Below, one piece after another: positions 23,191 to 37,708 of a stretch of 64,000 bases of DNA. Location: contig CM075978.1 of the NCBI GenBank assembly GCA_038087875.1, positions 186,248,001 to 186,312,000 of the forward strand, given 5' to 3'. How positions within the stretch are numbered: the first letter of the stretch is position 1; each line of letters begins with the position of its first letter. The translations under genes and the position numbers were made by a program. The stretch is from Malacoraja senta (Eukaryota). Under the pieces are notes generated by a model. That model had not been told where the DNA came from, ran no database searches, and saw only the letters and a program-made list of their open reading frames with translations.

Positions 23191-24094
23191 TAATGTCTGA
23201 ATGATATCATTTTGTTAACCTGTTTTTCTGCATTTAATCCATTGATTCTGGAAGGCCGAGGGTCTTTATGGTTAATTAAGTAGTTATTCCTAATCAGTCA
23301 TGGATAGCTAATAATCAAAAATAAACTGCTGATGCTAGAAATCTGAGAAACAAGTTAGTTTCGGTAGTAGAGAAGGTGGGGAAGAAGAATGGGTGGTACA
23401 AACAGAGTTTCTCAGATCGGGAGAGACTGAACGAGCTAATGTGGCCATTAACAATAATGGGTCGTTTGTGTTAGTGGAATGATTAATGCCTGTAAATGTG
23501 ATGAACTAGATCTTGAAACTACTGAGATCATGTAAATTTTGCTTATACTCTTAAATTGATCTGAAAAAGCCAAATGGTTTAATACAAAATAAATGTAAAC
23601 ACAGTATTGAATAAAAATTGATTCTATCAACTCAAACATTCTGAGGAATGATCTAAATTAGCATAATTCAATGAGCTATAGAATTTAAATAGCATTACAG
23701 TGGGCAGGGAACCAGGTAATTAGTCGGCACAGAAACAAGCCCTTCGACCCAACTCGTCCATGCTGATCAGGATGCCCATATCTAAGCTAGTTTCATTTGC
23801 CATTGTTTGTCTCATATGCCTCTAAACCTTCCCTATCCATATAATGCCCAAATGCCTTTTAAATATCATTATTGTACCTTCCTAACAACTTTCTCTAGCA
23901 CCTCCTTCCATATACCCACCATTGTCTGTGAAAAGATTCTTATTAAATCTTTCCCCTCTCACCTAAACCGACGCTCTATAGTTCTTGATTCCGCTCCACT
24001 GGCGGGAAAAGACTCTCTTTTGCATTCACCCTATCTATTCCTCTCATGATTTTATACACCTCTATAAGATCAGCCCTCAACGTCCTGCACGTCA

Positions 24095-24710
24095 CGGAAT
24101 ATAGGAGCAGGGAGGTTCTACTGCAGTTGTACAGGGCCTTGGTGAGACCACACCTGGAGTATTGCGTACAGTTTTGGTCTCCAAATCTGAGGAAGGACAT
24201 TATAGCCATAGAGGGAGTGCAGAGAAGGTTCACCAGACTGATTCCTGGGATGTCAGGACTTTCATATGAAGAAAGACTGGATAGACTCGGCTTATACTCG
24301 CTAGAATTTAGGAGATTGAGAGGGGATCTTATAGAAGCTTACAAAATTCTTATGGGGTTGGACAGGCTAGATGCAGGAAGATTGTTCCCGATGTTGGGGA
24401 AGTCCAGGACAAGGGGTCACAGCTTAAGGATAAGGGGGAAATCCTTTAAGACCGAGATGAGAACATTTTTCACACAGAGAGTGGTGAATCTCTGGAACTC
24501 TCTGCCACAGAGGGTAGTTGAGGCCAGTTCATTGGCTATATTTAAGAGGGAGTTAGATGTGGCCCTTGTGGCTAAAGGGATCAGGGGGTATGGAGAGAAG
24601 GCAGGTACGGGATACTGAGTTGGATGATCAGCCATGATCATATTGAATGGTGGTGCAGGCTCGAAGGGCCGAATGGCCTACTCCTGCACCTATTTTCTAT
24701 GTATCTATGT
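24095..24710 (+). mobile_element. Young CR1 3' fragment inserted into an older minus-strand CR1 (~23720-25700)
   Basis: Open [32 protein letters not shown]...GYGEKAGTGY; near-identical to copies at 38.8 and 63.3 kb. Confidence 0.92.
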
Positions 24711-26449
24711 AATAAAGTCATAGCTGCCCAATCTCATTCTATAGCTCGGGTCGTAGAGTCCTGGCAACATTCTCGTAAACCTACCATTCACTCTGAGGTT
24801 AATGCCCTGGTTTTACTTACAATACCTCATACTTACCTAAATTCAACTCCATTTGCCATTCCTCGGCCAACTTTTCTATAATTCTTGTTAACCATCTACA
24901 TTGTCCACAATACCACCTATTTTAGTGTCATCTGCAAACTTACTAATTGTGGCATTCAAATTGTTAATATAAATGACAAAGAGCCCCAGTGCTTGAGGCA
25001 CACCACTTCAGTCTTCAGTCACAGGCCTTCAGTCCAAAAAACATATTTCCACCACCAACCCCTACTTCCTGAGAGGAAGCCAATTTTGTATGTTAACTAG
25101 TTCTCCCTGGATCCCATGCGATCTAACCTTCCAGAGCAGTCTTATCAAAGACCTTACAGAATTTTGTGTAGATTATGTTCATAGCCTTACCAGATCAACT
25201 TTCTTAGTCACATTTTCACAAAACTCAAATCAAATTTATGAGAAACCATCTCAGCTGAAGCAAACCATGCTGATGATCCCCAATCAATCAATTTCCAAAT
25301 GCATATTTTCCCTCAGAATTTTCTCTAGTAACTTTTCTACCCAAGATGTTAAGCTTACAGTTCCCAGTTAATTTCCTTGCAACCCCTCCTTAAATTGAGG
25401 CATGACATTAGGCCCCTCTAGTGTTCTGGTACCTCGCCATGGCTAACAATCCTTCATAAAACTCAGCCAGAACTCCTGCATTTTCTTCGCTAGTTTTCCA
25501 GTGTCCTTGGATCTATGGACCAGGAGATGTATCTACTTTCATACATCTTAAAACATTCAGCATATCCTCCACTGTAATAAAGATTGTTCCCATGACATTG
25601 CCATTACGTTTCCCAAATTCCCTCGTCTTCATTTCTTTCTCCACTGTTAAGGAGAAATTAAGGATCTTGCTGTTCCACACCTAGATGACAACTTTGTTTT
25701 TTCCCTCAAGTTGCCCTTTTTCCCTTAATATGCAAACAAAGTCCCTTTCTGTTGTCCTTTATCTATCTGCCAGAACTTTCTCATTCCTCCCCCCCCCCCC
25801 CCTTTTTGGACTCCATTTATGCGATTGGCACATAGAACATGCACAGGAACAGGCTCACCATGCCTGCACTGAATATGGTGTCAGTTTATCTATAGTCTAA
25901 CCTGTAGTCCCTATCGCTCTATTGATGTGTCTGTCACAATGCCTCTTAAATGTTGCTATCGCTTCTGTGCACCCATTTTCTCTGGTACCACATTCCATGC
26001 TCCTATTAATCTATAATTTTTAAAAAACTTGCTTCACTAATCTCCTTTAAGCTGTTCCCCTTTCACCTTAAACCTGTGCTCTCTGGTATTTAACATTTTG
26101 ACTCTTTCAAAAAGACTCTAGTATCTATCCTTTCTGTGCCCCTCGTCATTTTATAAACCTCTACAAGTTGCCTCATATTCCGACAGTCAAGAGAAAATAA
26201 TCCAAGTTTGAACAACTTCTCTTTATAGCTAATACATTCTAATCCATGAAACATTCTGGCGAACCACTTCTACATCCCTTCCAAAGCCTCCATTTCCTAC
26301 CTATAATGTTGCACAGTTAAATTTGGGTCAGTGGTGATTCCTCGTAAGTTGATGGTGAGGATTTGATGATGGTAATGCCAATGAATGTGTGTGATAGACA
26401 AGTGAGTAAGTTACTGGACTTGCAGTCATAAAGTCAAGTAGTGTCGTCA

Positions 26450-27225
26450 AGTTAGATAGAGCTCTTAAAGGTAGCGGAGTCAGGGGATATGGGGAGAAGG
26501 CAGTAAAGGGGTACAGATTGTGAATGATCAGCCATGATCACAGTGAATGGCGGTGCTAGCTCGAAGGGCCGAATGGTCTACTCCTGCACCTATTGTCTAT
26601 AGCACAGAAACGGGCCTTTTGACCCATCATAACTGCTTTGACAGTCAAGCATCCATTCATACAAATTCTACACTAATCCCATTTGATTCTCTCTGCATTC
26701 TAATCAACCAGTCTACCTGTCACCCTTATTCTTTGGCCACGTGCAGTGGCCAATTAACCTTTCAAACACACATCTTTAGGTAGTTTCCACGCACATTCCA
26801 CGCAGACATCAGAAGTCAGGATTGGACCTGGATCACTGGAGCTGTGAGATTAGCAGCTGCTCTGGGCCCTAAACTAATAATCTGGTGATTTGGATTTAAC
26901 CGCTATTAAACTATTCCTTGGAGCGCAGGAGGATAAGGGGTGATCTTATGGAGGTGTACAAAATCATGAGAGGAATAGATCGGGTAGATGCACAGAGTCT
27001 CTTGTCCAGAGTAGGGGAATCAAGGACCAAAGGACATTGGTTCAGAATAAGGGGAAAAGATTTAATAGGAATCCGAGGGGTAACTTTTTCACACAAAGAG
27101 TGGTGGGTCAGGTTTAGAGGAATAGGAACCAAGCGCAGGCAGGTGGCACTAGTGTACCTGGGACGTGTTGGCCGGTGTGGGCAAGTTGGGCCGAAGAGCC
27201 AGTTTCCACACTATCACTCTATGAC
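26450..27225. mobile_element. CR1 3' fragments and SINE remnant
   Basis: ERRRIRGDLMEVYKIMRGIDRVD (26918+); CR1 3' UTR at 26450-26600; SINE remnant ~26600-26860. Confidence 0.7.
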
Positions 27226-28175
27226 TAGCTTCTTTTGTACAGGGTAAGGCAGTGACAAGTTTTCTTTGATTCCCATTGACTTCAATTTCACAAGACCTTC
27301 TCATCTTATGGTGACTCATCTTATATGGCCCTCTCTTGAATTCCGACAACAGTGTCTTCTGAAAATCAGACAACGATTTCACATAATTGTTTTTGTTGCG
27401 TGAGCCCCATTTTAGCGTTTTAGTTTCGAAATATGATATTTTTGAAAGATATATTGAAATCATATGAAAAATCGAGCCAATGTTTTGTGTGTTTTGAATG
27501 GTTGTTATTTAGAAACAGCCATATGCAGGGAGCATGATTTCTCAATATCTATAGCCCAGCCTTGTCTGAGTGTTCCTTTGTGGATTATTTTTGTTGGAAT
27601 AAATAATATATTTAATTATTCATAACTGTCTTTTCAAGCTGTTTTTATTAATTGAAAGAAAGTAATGAGCTTAGTATTCTTGATAAAATATATGCATCCA
27701 TTTAATTTTCCAAAAATCCCAGGCAGAATGCCAGAGTGTATATTTACCCATATGATGTAAGTGAATAGGTTAATTGATTGAATAAAAACCAAGACACGTG
27801 ATCTTGATTTTTAAGGGAGATGTCAGCAGTTGGATGTACACCAGTTTTGGGAATTTTAGAGATCTGTGTAAAAGCCAGAAAGCTCAATCATGCTGGTAAC
27901 CGTTGGCCAGGATTTTTGAACTTCAGGCCCGTGAACTCCAATGGTGGACTGAAGTTTACAGAAGTTACAATCGTTTTTTGTGACTACCTTGCACCATTAT
28001 AGTTCTGCAACAAGACTATTAAGTCAAATAAATTGATTTAAACACTTATTTAGCATTTTTCTCTTATTTGATACACAATTAAATAATTTCTTCTGCAATT
28101 TTAATCAATAAGGGTCAAAATTCAGCTTGGTTAAATGGGTCTTTATCTTGGCATGACAGGGTAATAGATTTGTGT

Positions 28176-28885
28176 AAACACAAAATGCTGGAGTAACTCA
28201 GCTGGACAGGTAGCATCTCTGGAGAGAAGGAATGGGTGGCGTTTCGGGCCGAGACCCTTCTTCAGACTGATGTCGGGGAGCGGGCGGGACAGAGATAGAA
28301 TGTCGTCGGAAACAGTAAGACTGGTGGGAGAAGGGGAGGGGATGGAGAGAGAGGGAAAGCAAAGGCTATTTGTCGTTTGAGTAGTCAATGTTCATACTGC
28401 TGGGGTGTAAGCTACCCAAGCGAAGTATGAGGTGCTGTTCCTCCAATTTGTGCTGGGCCTCACTCTGACAATGGAGGAGGCCCAGGACAGAAAGGTCAGA
28501 TTGGGAGGGGGAGTTAGTGCTGAGCAACCGGGAGATCAGGTAGGTTAAGACTGACTGAGCAGAGGTATTCAGTGCAACGATTGTCAAGCCTGTGCTTGGT
28601 CTCGCGGATGTACAGGAGTTGACACCTGGAACAGCGGATATAGTAGATGAGGTTAGATGAGGTGCAAGTGAACCTCTGCCTCACCTGGAAAGACTGTCTG
28701 GGTTCTTCGATGGAGTCGAGGGGGTATAGGGACAGGTGTTGCATCTCCTGCGGTTGCAGGGGAAAGTACCTGGAGATGGGGTGGTTTAGGTGGGAAGGGA
28801 CGAGTTGACTAGGGAGTTGCGGAGGGAACGGACTCTGCGGAAAGAAGAGATGGGAAGATGTGGACAGTAGTCGGATCACATTGGA
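28176..28885 (-). mobile_element. Penelope-like element, GIY-YIG end plus pLTR
   Basis: FTCTSSNLIYYIRCSRCQLLYIRETK; LEEQHLILRLGSLHP. Confidence 0.9.
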
Positions 28886-29169
28886 TAATAGATTTGTGTA
28901 CTCAATTTGAATTGTGAAAGAACAAAATCAATTGCAGTGAAGGTTTCTGTTGGGAGAATGTGTATGTGGATTAGGATCTGTTTGGATTGTCATGTCTCTT
29001 GATTTTTACTTGTACTGAAGTATGATCACTTGTTTGAAGTTGTATATATTACTTTATTTCAGTCCCAAGTCTAGCAAGCTGTTTGGTTCGTCTGATAATC
29101 AAAGGTGGATAACCACTGTTATTGTCATCCACCCATACATGTGAAGCAAGAATAGGCTAGTTTATTTTT

Positions 29170-29820
29170 TTCAAGAATCAAGAGCTTTTAATTGTCATAT
29201 GCACTAGAAAGAAGCAATGAATCTTTACTTGCTTCAACTTTTTACAAGCGCGTTAATGCACCAATACAACAAATAAATATATAATCAACGACGCAATGAA
29301 TTATCGATTGTACTGGTAACCAGACTCGCATAGTGCAAGCTGATGTATGTAGTACAGGCCTTATATACCAAGTCTGTAGTAGTTTGGTGCTGAGATAGGA
29401 TTGTGGTTAGGGTTGTACAGAGTCTGATGGTTGACGGGAATAAGCTGTTCATGAACCTAGCGATAATGGTTCTCAGACTCCTGTATCTTTCTGATGATAG
29501 CAACAAGATGAGAGTGTGGCCAGAGTGGTGCGAGTCTTTGATATTAGCTGCCACCTTGAGGCAGTGCTCCAACTGGTGCGGAGGTTAACATCCATGATGG
29601 ACCGAGCAATATCTGCTACTGTCTGCAGCTTCCTATATTCTTTGGCATTAAAGTGATGTAACCTGTCAGTATGCTCTCCAACATTTACCTGTAGAGGTTT
29701 GAGAGTGTATTTGGCGACATGTCTCATCTCCTCAAACTTTTAAGGAAGTAGAGACATTGATGAGCTTTCTTTGTGCTGGGTCCTGGACTCATCATCGGAA
29801 ATGTGCATGCCCAAGAACTC
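29170..29820 (-). mobile_element. Degenerate Rex1/Babar LINE 3' fragment
   Basis: IKDSHHSGHTLI..RYRSLRTIIARFMNSLFPSTIRL; KLQTVADIARSI. Confidence 0.75.
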
Positions 29821-30264
29821 ACATTTACTTGTATACAGCAAAAGGGTTTATTGAATGTCAATGTATGACTAGTTGTTGTTGCCTTCTTTAATTCATGTCC
29901 ATACCAGTGTCTGAGTCTAGATTAGTTTTCAGCTTGGAGATCAACGATCAGGCCTGGACTTAATGTAAATTTATTACATCCTCTGAGAATCTTGCATTCC
30001 TTGTGAATTTATTTGCTCTGAGCAGCAAACTTTTATATTGAGAGTTAATAACAGTTACATACCCAAGCAATATAGAATTGAGAGAGGCAGCACATGAAGC
30101 AAAGTGGAAATGAATGCATGACACAACTCTTTTGGTATGGCGTGCTGAAGGACCTCATATCTTCCTTCATTTAATAGGTCTCAAGTCTTAAAAAAATATT
30201 ACTTATTAAAAATAATATTTAAAAATATTTATAATTGAGTCAGATGAAATAAAGGAGTTTTATC

Positions 30265-30835
30265 ATAATCGTAATTCATCATAATTGTAATTTATTAGCC
30301 AAGTATGTTTTGCAACATACGAGGAATTTGGTTTGCCATACAGTCATACCAAAAAAGCAACAAAATGCACAACTACATAAATTGACATAAACATCCACCA
30401 CAGTGGCACCTCCCCATTCCACACTGTGATGGAAGGCAATAAAGTCTTATCTTCTTTCCTCCTTTCGCCCGCGGTCGGGGGAATCGAACCATCCGCAATC
30501 GGGGCGATTGAAGCTCCTGCAGCCAGCGATCGAAGCTCCCGCGTTGGGGCGATCGAAGCCCCCTCATCGAGGCGATCGAAACTCCCGTGATCGGGGCTGT
30601 TGAAGCTTCCGGAAGTTGGAGCTCCCGAAGTCTGTCGCTAACCAGGGACTGCACGCTCCCCATTGTTAAAAGTCCGCAGGCTCCCGTGGTTGAAGCTCCG
30701 AGGTCGATCCCTGGCAAAGGGATTGCAAGCTCCACGATGTTAAGTCCGCAGGCTCCCGTGGTTGTAGCTCCCAAGGTCTCAGCAAGAGGCCACCAGCTCC
30801 ACGATGTTAGGCCACAGTGCAGACGGAGATACAAC
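30265..30835 (-). mobile_element. Non-autonomous retroelement with GC-rich internal repeats (relative of 51275-52059)
   Basis: Shares CAGTCATA, CACTGTGATGGAAGG and GCTCC.CGATGTTAGGCC..GCAGACG with the 51.3-kb copy; GATCGAAGCTCC repeats. Confidence 0.6.
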
Positions 30836-31299
30836 ATGGATCTATTGTATATAAGTCAAAGGATACCTCCGACGGGGGGTGAATGCCAGTCCCAGAGTGG
30901 GACAGAAGATTTGGCTAAGATCTCGAAAGAGGTTTTGGCCAGAAGTTCCAGCCGAGGAACTGAAGACAATAAATCTAGGCCAGAGATGGCCTTGAGGTTT
31001 ATCGACAGCGACACAACCTATCTGAAGAATCTGAAGACATTATCACAGAAATTGTGAGTAGATATCGATTATTACTTCTTTGAATTTTGAAGCTGAAAAG
31101 CTTTAATTTTAAACGGCTTATGTAAGAAGAGCCAGAAAGCCAGCCAAGGAAGTGTTTTGCCATTAAATTAATCATTATTAATTTAATAGATGTTAGGTAT
31201 GTTGTCGGGATATTCAGATTGTTATGGTTCCTGAGAAAGATGTTTACACAAAGTTAAAGGCACAGAATTGAGAAGACTTTGTTCGTTCAATTTAAAGAC

Positions 31300-32105
31300 T
31301 TGGCAATCTGCCAAGACCTCTTTAAAATCATGGAGCCAGAAGATGAAGAAAGCCACGCCAGAGGAACAACAAGTTAACGAGTCAATTGAAAGCTACAGAA
31401 AACTCATGTATCGAGAAGAAACAGATAATACACAAGCCATCTACCTGAAAGAAACCTGGAAGGAGAGAAACAAATTATAGAAACAGGTTACCAGATTAAT
31501 TGAGAAACAGAAGAAACTAATGGAATCAGTACAGAACGCGATCAAAGTGAAATCTAATATGAGCCAACTATGGAACTTCTGCCAAGAGGTTGCAAAGATA
31601 CAAAATGTGCTGCTGTGTTCACAGTTGCCTCGAGAGGAACGCATAAGACGCACCCAGTGGTGGGAGGACAAGATGAAGATATTAAATGCTTTCATGGATA
31701 AGGCAGAGGAGTGGTTATCTGAAATTATACCACAACTTACGAGCTTAACAGCTGGAGGTGCGAGACAACAAGATGCCAGAATGGAAGATGAAATTACACC
31801 ACGAGATAATATCTTGAAAGTATCTACACAAAGGTCAGGACATAAATCTGGTTCTACAGCCAGTTCAGTATCAAGGGTTTGTGATTGGGAGTTGAAGCTG
31901 ATCTAGCCGCTCTCTCAATAGAAGCAGATGCCTTGAAGACGAAATATGAGATTGAGCAAGAAGAAGAAGAGATGAGACGAGAAGAGGAAGAGATGACTTG
32001 ACAACAGGAGCAGCTGATGAGATGAAAGGAACAACTGGAACTAGACAAAAAGATGGCGGTGACCAAATCAAAGAAAGAGATATTGGAATGTAAGGGTTCA
32101 AGATG
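31300..32105 (+). mobile_element. Decayed BEL/Pao-like LTR retrotransposon gag N-terminal fragment
   Basis: Coiled-coil ORF pieces EDEITPRDNI..SGSTASSVS..EADLAALSIEADALKTKYEIEQEEE, typical of fish BEL/Pao gag; no LTR or pol seen. Confidence 0.55.
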
Positions 32106-32519
32106 TAACTGCCGGCAACTTGACAGTCACCGGCAGTTCCTGAAAAACCGCCTAAGTGGAATAGCCCATTACTTTGGTAAACTTGGGGAACTTTCCTGTT
32201 TTATATCTTGTATTGTACTCCAATCCACTGTGATGAGAGTTGGAGAATTTTTCATGGGCCACATTTTTTCTTTCCTTCCTCCATTTTGTTCTGCACTGCA
32301 ATTCATTCCTTGGTTGATTTTAAACTGGCAATACTTAATCAAAACCATTGCAACATCAACTGCAGGAATTCATTCAGATGTGATCACCTCCACACTTCCA
32401 CACTCCATCACCTGTTAATTCTCACTTTATGTGTGTGAAGAATGACTATTTTAGCTACTCTGTACCATCACATCACCTAAAACAGGTATATGTAGAAATT
32501 ATCAATTGAGACTGAAAGT

Positions 32520-33090
32520 TCTTCAAGTTCTCTATAAGGTGCTGGTCAGGCTGCATTTGGAGTACTGTGAGCAAATTTGGAACCCATTTCTGAGGAAGGA
32601 TGTGCTGGCTCTGGAGAGGGTCCAGAGGAGGTTTACAAGAATTAATCCAAGAAAGAGAGGGTTAGCATATGATGAGCATTTGACAGCGCTGGGCCTGTAC
32701 TCGCTGGAGTTTAGAAGGTTGAGGGGAGACCTCATTAAAACTTACAGAATAATGAAAGGCATAGATAGAGTGGATGTGGAAAGGATGTTTCCACTGATGG
32801 GAGGTCATGGCCTCAGAATTAAAGGGCGCTCTTTTAAAAAGGGAGTGAGGAGGAACTTCTTTAGTCAGAGGGTAGTTAATCTGTGGAACTCATTGTCACA
32901 GAGGGCTGTGGTGGCCAAGTCAGTAGATATTTTTAAGACGGAGATAGACAAGTTCTTGATTAGAACGGGTGTCAAGGGTTATGGGGAGAAGGCAGGAAAA
33001 TGGGATTAGATGGCAGAGATCAGCCATGATTGAGTGCGGAGTAGACTCGATGGGCCGTATGGCCTAATTCTACTCTTATAACTCGTGAAG
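32520..33090 (+). mobile_element. CR1 3' fragment (different subfamily)
   Basis: [38 protein letters not shown]. Confidence 0.9.
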
Positions 33091-35109
33091 TTATTTCAGT
33101 TAGATCCAAATTCTCTGCTTCATATTTTGTTTTCTTTTTCAAAGTATCTCTTAATTGTTGAAAACTTTTCAATTATGTCATTGGATTCTTTTGTATGTTT
33201 TATTATTTGACTAAATCCAAATGGAAAAAGCTGGAGTGTTGAATAACAAACATCAATGAGTTTTAGTCTTTGAAAATCTCATAGGGGATTGGAAGGAGGA
33301 AATAGTTTGTTTTTTGTTTGGTCGCTTACCAAGGAAAGGCACCAATCCAAGGTTTCACTAGAATGTAGTTGTTACATGATTTGGTTTGATGTGTGTGGAC
33401 TAACTGAACTATTGGGGAATGAATCGGGTCTGTCAAAGAATCCTAATTTTTAGAGTTCATATTTCAGATAATTAAACAAAAATTAATTTGCAATATTACC
33501 TTCTCAATACAGTTTTATTCTCAGGATAAAATTGGATTTCAATTTTGTTTTAGGTCTACAGTGGAACTCATGAGTGGAGGCTAGGCATTCACCACAAGAA
33601 ATAATAAAATTGTAGCATCTGTTTACTAAAATGCATCGGCTAGTTCAGGGATGGGTGTGTCATTTATAACAAACCCAAAGAAAGGAGCTTATGAAAACTG
33701 AATGGTTTTACTTATTTTTATAATTTACTGAGTTGATGTGCACGATGTAATATTTTAGGATTTGGGCAAGAGTAACATGAATATGACTTTGGCAAAATAC
33801 TTTGGTCTTAAAATTCTTCCAACAACAGCCATGGAATTTTAAGTGGGCACTGATGGTGAGCCAATTATCTCTGTGTTTGAATGGCTTAGCATTGCAAAAT
33901 TATCTTGCATGGAATCGCCATGACTTGAGTTTTGATTGGGAGAACTAGTTCAGCTCATCTGGATAATGCAAAAGAAGAGTTTTATTTTGGACGGTATAGG
34001 GGTTTTCATTGCGGTGATCAAATGGCAAAGATAGAGAAGCAGTCATTTTTCTTAATCTCATGGAACCTCTGCCTGCGGTTGATTCTCAGCGATAGAACCC
34101 ACTCGCTGTAAAACAGATGTTTTTAAAGATTGCAAAAGCAGGCTTCTAGTTCTAGGGGAGGCCTACTTCTGGATAAATTGTTTACATAGTCCACTTGCTG
34201 ACCATGTCAGTGGATGCACTGGGCTTCGTGAATTAATTTATTCCATGAATGGAGGATCTGGAATCAATTTTGTGAATTTTATAATTACCCAATCACTTTC
34301 AATGATAGCAATTGATTTGAAAATTACTTGTGTGGTGCACATTAACCGTGGTGCAGTGCAGTAGAATTTCTAAGCCCTTATCTCGTTTGGAATACACAGA
34401 CGTGGCATTAATCACTATCTTGGTTGCCATCTGAAACCAGGTCAACACCACCATCAAGCAACACCATGTTATATCAACACACTTCAAAAAACGGACGAGG
34501 TTTCGATGAAATAACCAGTTCAGCGTCAATTGTTGGGATTGGTCTGTTTTTCGATTTCAAGCAATGCAGTAACTACCCTCCGATGGTAATCGCCTAATCA
34601 CTAATCGATGATTACAAATTGTATGTTATTGCTCCTGGACGTGTTCTTGAATGATTTTGGAAACCTACAGGGTTAATAATGTTAGACAGCTGGTTATAAC
34701 ATCTAAGAGGCTTGAGGAAGTGGGCACACAAGTAATAAAAAGCTGATAAAATAGAACATATTCTTGGGAGAATGAAGCTGTAGGATGCAGTTGTTTGAGG
34801 AATGTTAAGTTGTTCAATCAATCGAGTGAATTTCTGTTTGCATAAGTAAATTCTCTAGGAGCATAAATGCACATTACTAATGTCTCGCCATTCTGCTTTT
34901 TATTCAGCTTTTTATTTTAACATAATTACGTCGTTTGAAGAGACAAGTCAAGGCTCTTTTATTTTTCTTATGAAAAGGAGTATTACGTTTGATTTTAAAT
35001 GCTATCTGTCTTCTACTCAGATGGAGAAGATTTAAGAAAGATGTTCATTTAGAATGTTATTTAAAGTTTTGTGTCATATTTCCAGTAAATTGGTTTTCAG
35101 GTTTTGTCA

Positions 35110-35910
35110 GTATATCATATTTAACAATTTGGATGTGCGTATCGGTGGTATGATTAGCAAGTATACAAATGTCCACAGAATTGCTATAGTGGGCAGTGAA
35201 GAAGGTTGTCTAAGGTTATTGATCAACTGGGAGAGTGGCAAAGGAATGGTGGATGGAATTGAACCCAGACTGGTGTGAAGTGAAGTCTTTTGGGAAAATT
35301 AAACCAGGACCGGACATACACAATGGTACTTTTGTGTGGAGTGTTATTGAAAAAGGCGACTTAGGGGTACGAGTATGGAGTTCCCTGAAAGTGGCAACAC
35401 TGGTTGACAGGGTGGTGAAGAAGGCAATGGCATTCTTGCCCTCATTGACAGAGGCATTATATACAAGAGTTGGGGTGTCATGTTACATTCATGCAATACA
35501 TTGCTTAGGCTGCACTTGGAGTATTGTGTGCAGATCTGGTTGCTATGCTATAGGAAGGATGTCATTAAACTGGGGAGAACAAAGAAAAGATTCACAATGA
35601 CCTTGCATTTCATTGAGACCTTGCATTATTTTCAGGAGAGATTGCATAGAATGGTACTTTTTCTCTGGAGCAATCAAGGATGATCTCAGAAGTGAAAAAA
35701 ATGATTAGGGGAATAGATATGGTGGATGTACTGAGGCTTTTTCTCAGGGTTGGGTAATCTAGAACTAGAGGGCATGGATATAAGGTGAGAGGGGAAAGAT
35801 TTAAAGGGGATATGAGGGCAACAGAGGTTGGTGGGTATGTGGAATATACTGCCAGATAAGTTGATAAAAGCCGGCACAATTATAACAGTTAAAAAATATT
35901 TAGATTGGAT
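35110..35910 (+). mobile_element. Degenerate CR1 RT C-terminal fragment
   Basis: GMISKY, WWMELNPDWCEV, DRVVKKA, LEYCVQIW. Confidence 0.75.
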
Positions 35911-36003
35911 ACAAAGGACATTTATTATCACATACACCAATTGGTGTAGTGAAATTTGACTTGCCATGCAGCACACAAATAAAGATAAGACTCAACATTA
36001 AAG

Positions 36004-37199
36004 AATCAAGTCAAGTGAGTTTATTGTCATGTGTCCCTGATAGGACAATTAAATTCTTGCTTTGCTTCAGCACAACAGAACATAATAGGCATTGACTACA
36101 AGGTATTCTATAAATATATACACACATGAATCAATATACTGATAAAGTGCAAATAACAGTTAATTGGCTAATAAAGTTCAGTGTTTTGTCCGAGCCAGGT
36201 ATAATAGCCTGATGGCTGTGGGGAAGTAGCTATTCCTGAACCTGGTCGTTGCAGTCTTCAGGCTCTTGTACCTTCTACCTGAAGGTAGTAGGGAGATGAG
36301 TGTGTGGCCAGGATGGTGTGGGTCCTTGATGATACTGCCAGCCTTTTTGAGGCAGCGACTGTGATAGATCCCCTCGATGGAAGGGAGGTCAGAGCCGATG
36401 ATGGACTGGGCAGTGTTTACTACTTTTTGTAGTCTTTCCCTCTCCAGGGCGCTCAAGTTGCCAAACCAAGCCACGATGCAACCGGTCAGCATGCTCTCTA
36501 CTGTGCACCTGTAGAAGTTAGAGAGAGTCCTCCTTGACAAACCGACTCTCCGTAATCTTCTCAGGAAGTAGAGGCGCTGATGTGCTTTCTTAATAATTGC
36601 ATCAGTGTTCTCGGACCAGGAAAGATCTTCAGAGATGTGCACGCCCAGGAATTTGAAGCTCTTGACCCTTTCAACCATCGACCTGTTGATATAAACGGGA
36701 CTGTGGGTCCCCATCCTACTCCTTCCAAAGTCCACAATCAGTTCCTTGGTTTTGCTGGTGTTGAGGGCCAGGTTATTGTGCTGGCACCATATGGACAGTT
36801 GCTCGATCTCTCTTCTATACTCTGACTCATCCCCATCAGTGATACGTCCCACAACAGTGGTGTCGTCAGCGAACTTGATGATGGAGTTCGCACTATGTCT
36901 GGCTACGCAGTCATGAGTATAGAGTGAGTACAGCCGGGGGCTGAGCACGCAGCCTTGAGGTGCTCCCATGCTGATTGTTATCGAGTCTGACACATTTCCA
37001 CCAATACGAACAGACTGTGGTCTGAGAGTGAGGAAGTCGAGGATCCAATTGCAGAGGGATGCGCAGAGACCCAGTTCTGCGAGTTTGGTAACCAGCTTGG
37101 AGGGGATGATTGTATTAAATGCCGAGCTGTAATCGATGAATAACAGCCTGACATGAGTTTTTGTTGTCCAAGTGGTCCAGAGCGGAGTGGAGGGCCAGC
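36004..37199 (-). mobile_element. Rex1/Babar-clade LINE RT, young, truncated by assembly gap
   Basis: Open ORF: [65 protein letters not shown]; (TTGAC)n tail on minus. Confidence 0.9.
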
Positions 37200-37399
37200 N
37201 NNNNNNNNNNNNNNNNNNNNNNNNNNNNNNNNNNNNNNNNNNNNNNNNNNNNNNNNNNNNNNNNNNNNNNNNNNNNNNNNNNNNNNNNNNNNNNNNNNNN
37301 NNNNNNNNNNNNNNNNNNNNNNNNNNNNNNNNNNNNNNNNNNNNNNNNNNNNNNNNNNNNNNNNNNNNNNNNNNNNNNNNNNNNNNNNNNNNNNNNNNN
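37200..37399. other. Assembly gap (200 N)
   Basis: Run of N; flanks are unrelated sequences. Confidence 1.
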
Positions 37400-37708
37400 A
37401 ACGCCCGTCGGAACGATTTTTCAGCAAACGCTGGCACTCCAACGAAATATAATACAGGACAAGGTAGGAGAAACCCGCGTTTTAACCCCGCCCCCCCCTC
37501 AAAGGCGCCAAAATCGCGCACACGGCCAGTGGCAGAATTGCAGCGCCGCTGATGGTAAGTATTGTAACATACCTATATCTCACCCCTGCCATCGGGATGA
37601 AGGTACAGGAGCCTGAAAATTGTAACGTCCAGGCGCAGGAACAGCTTCCTCCCTACTATTAAACAATACAACCTCAAATAAACTCAGAACTTCAATATTA
37701 TTATTATT

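Noticed and set aside
33100-35050. Unassigned unique-looking intronic DNA (also ~10-12.5 kb, 44-45.7 kb, 55.5-56.6 kb) as nested exons or snoRNAs
   Set aside because: No convincing exon, ORF or box C/D-H/ACA structure by eye; conserved elements cannot be excluded without alignment.
36178-37616. 447-aa and other ORFs spanning the gap
   Set aside because: Artefacts of translating through Ns; only the Rex1 RT part is real.
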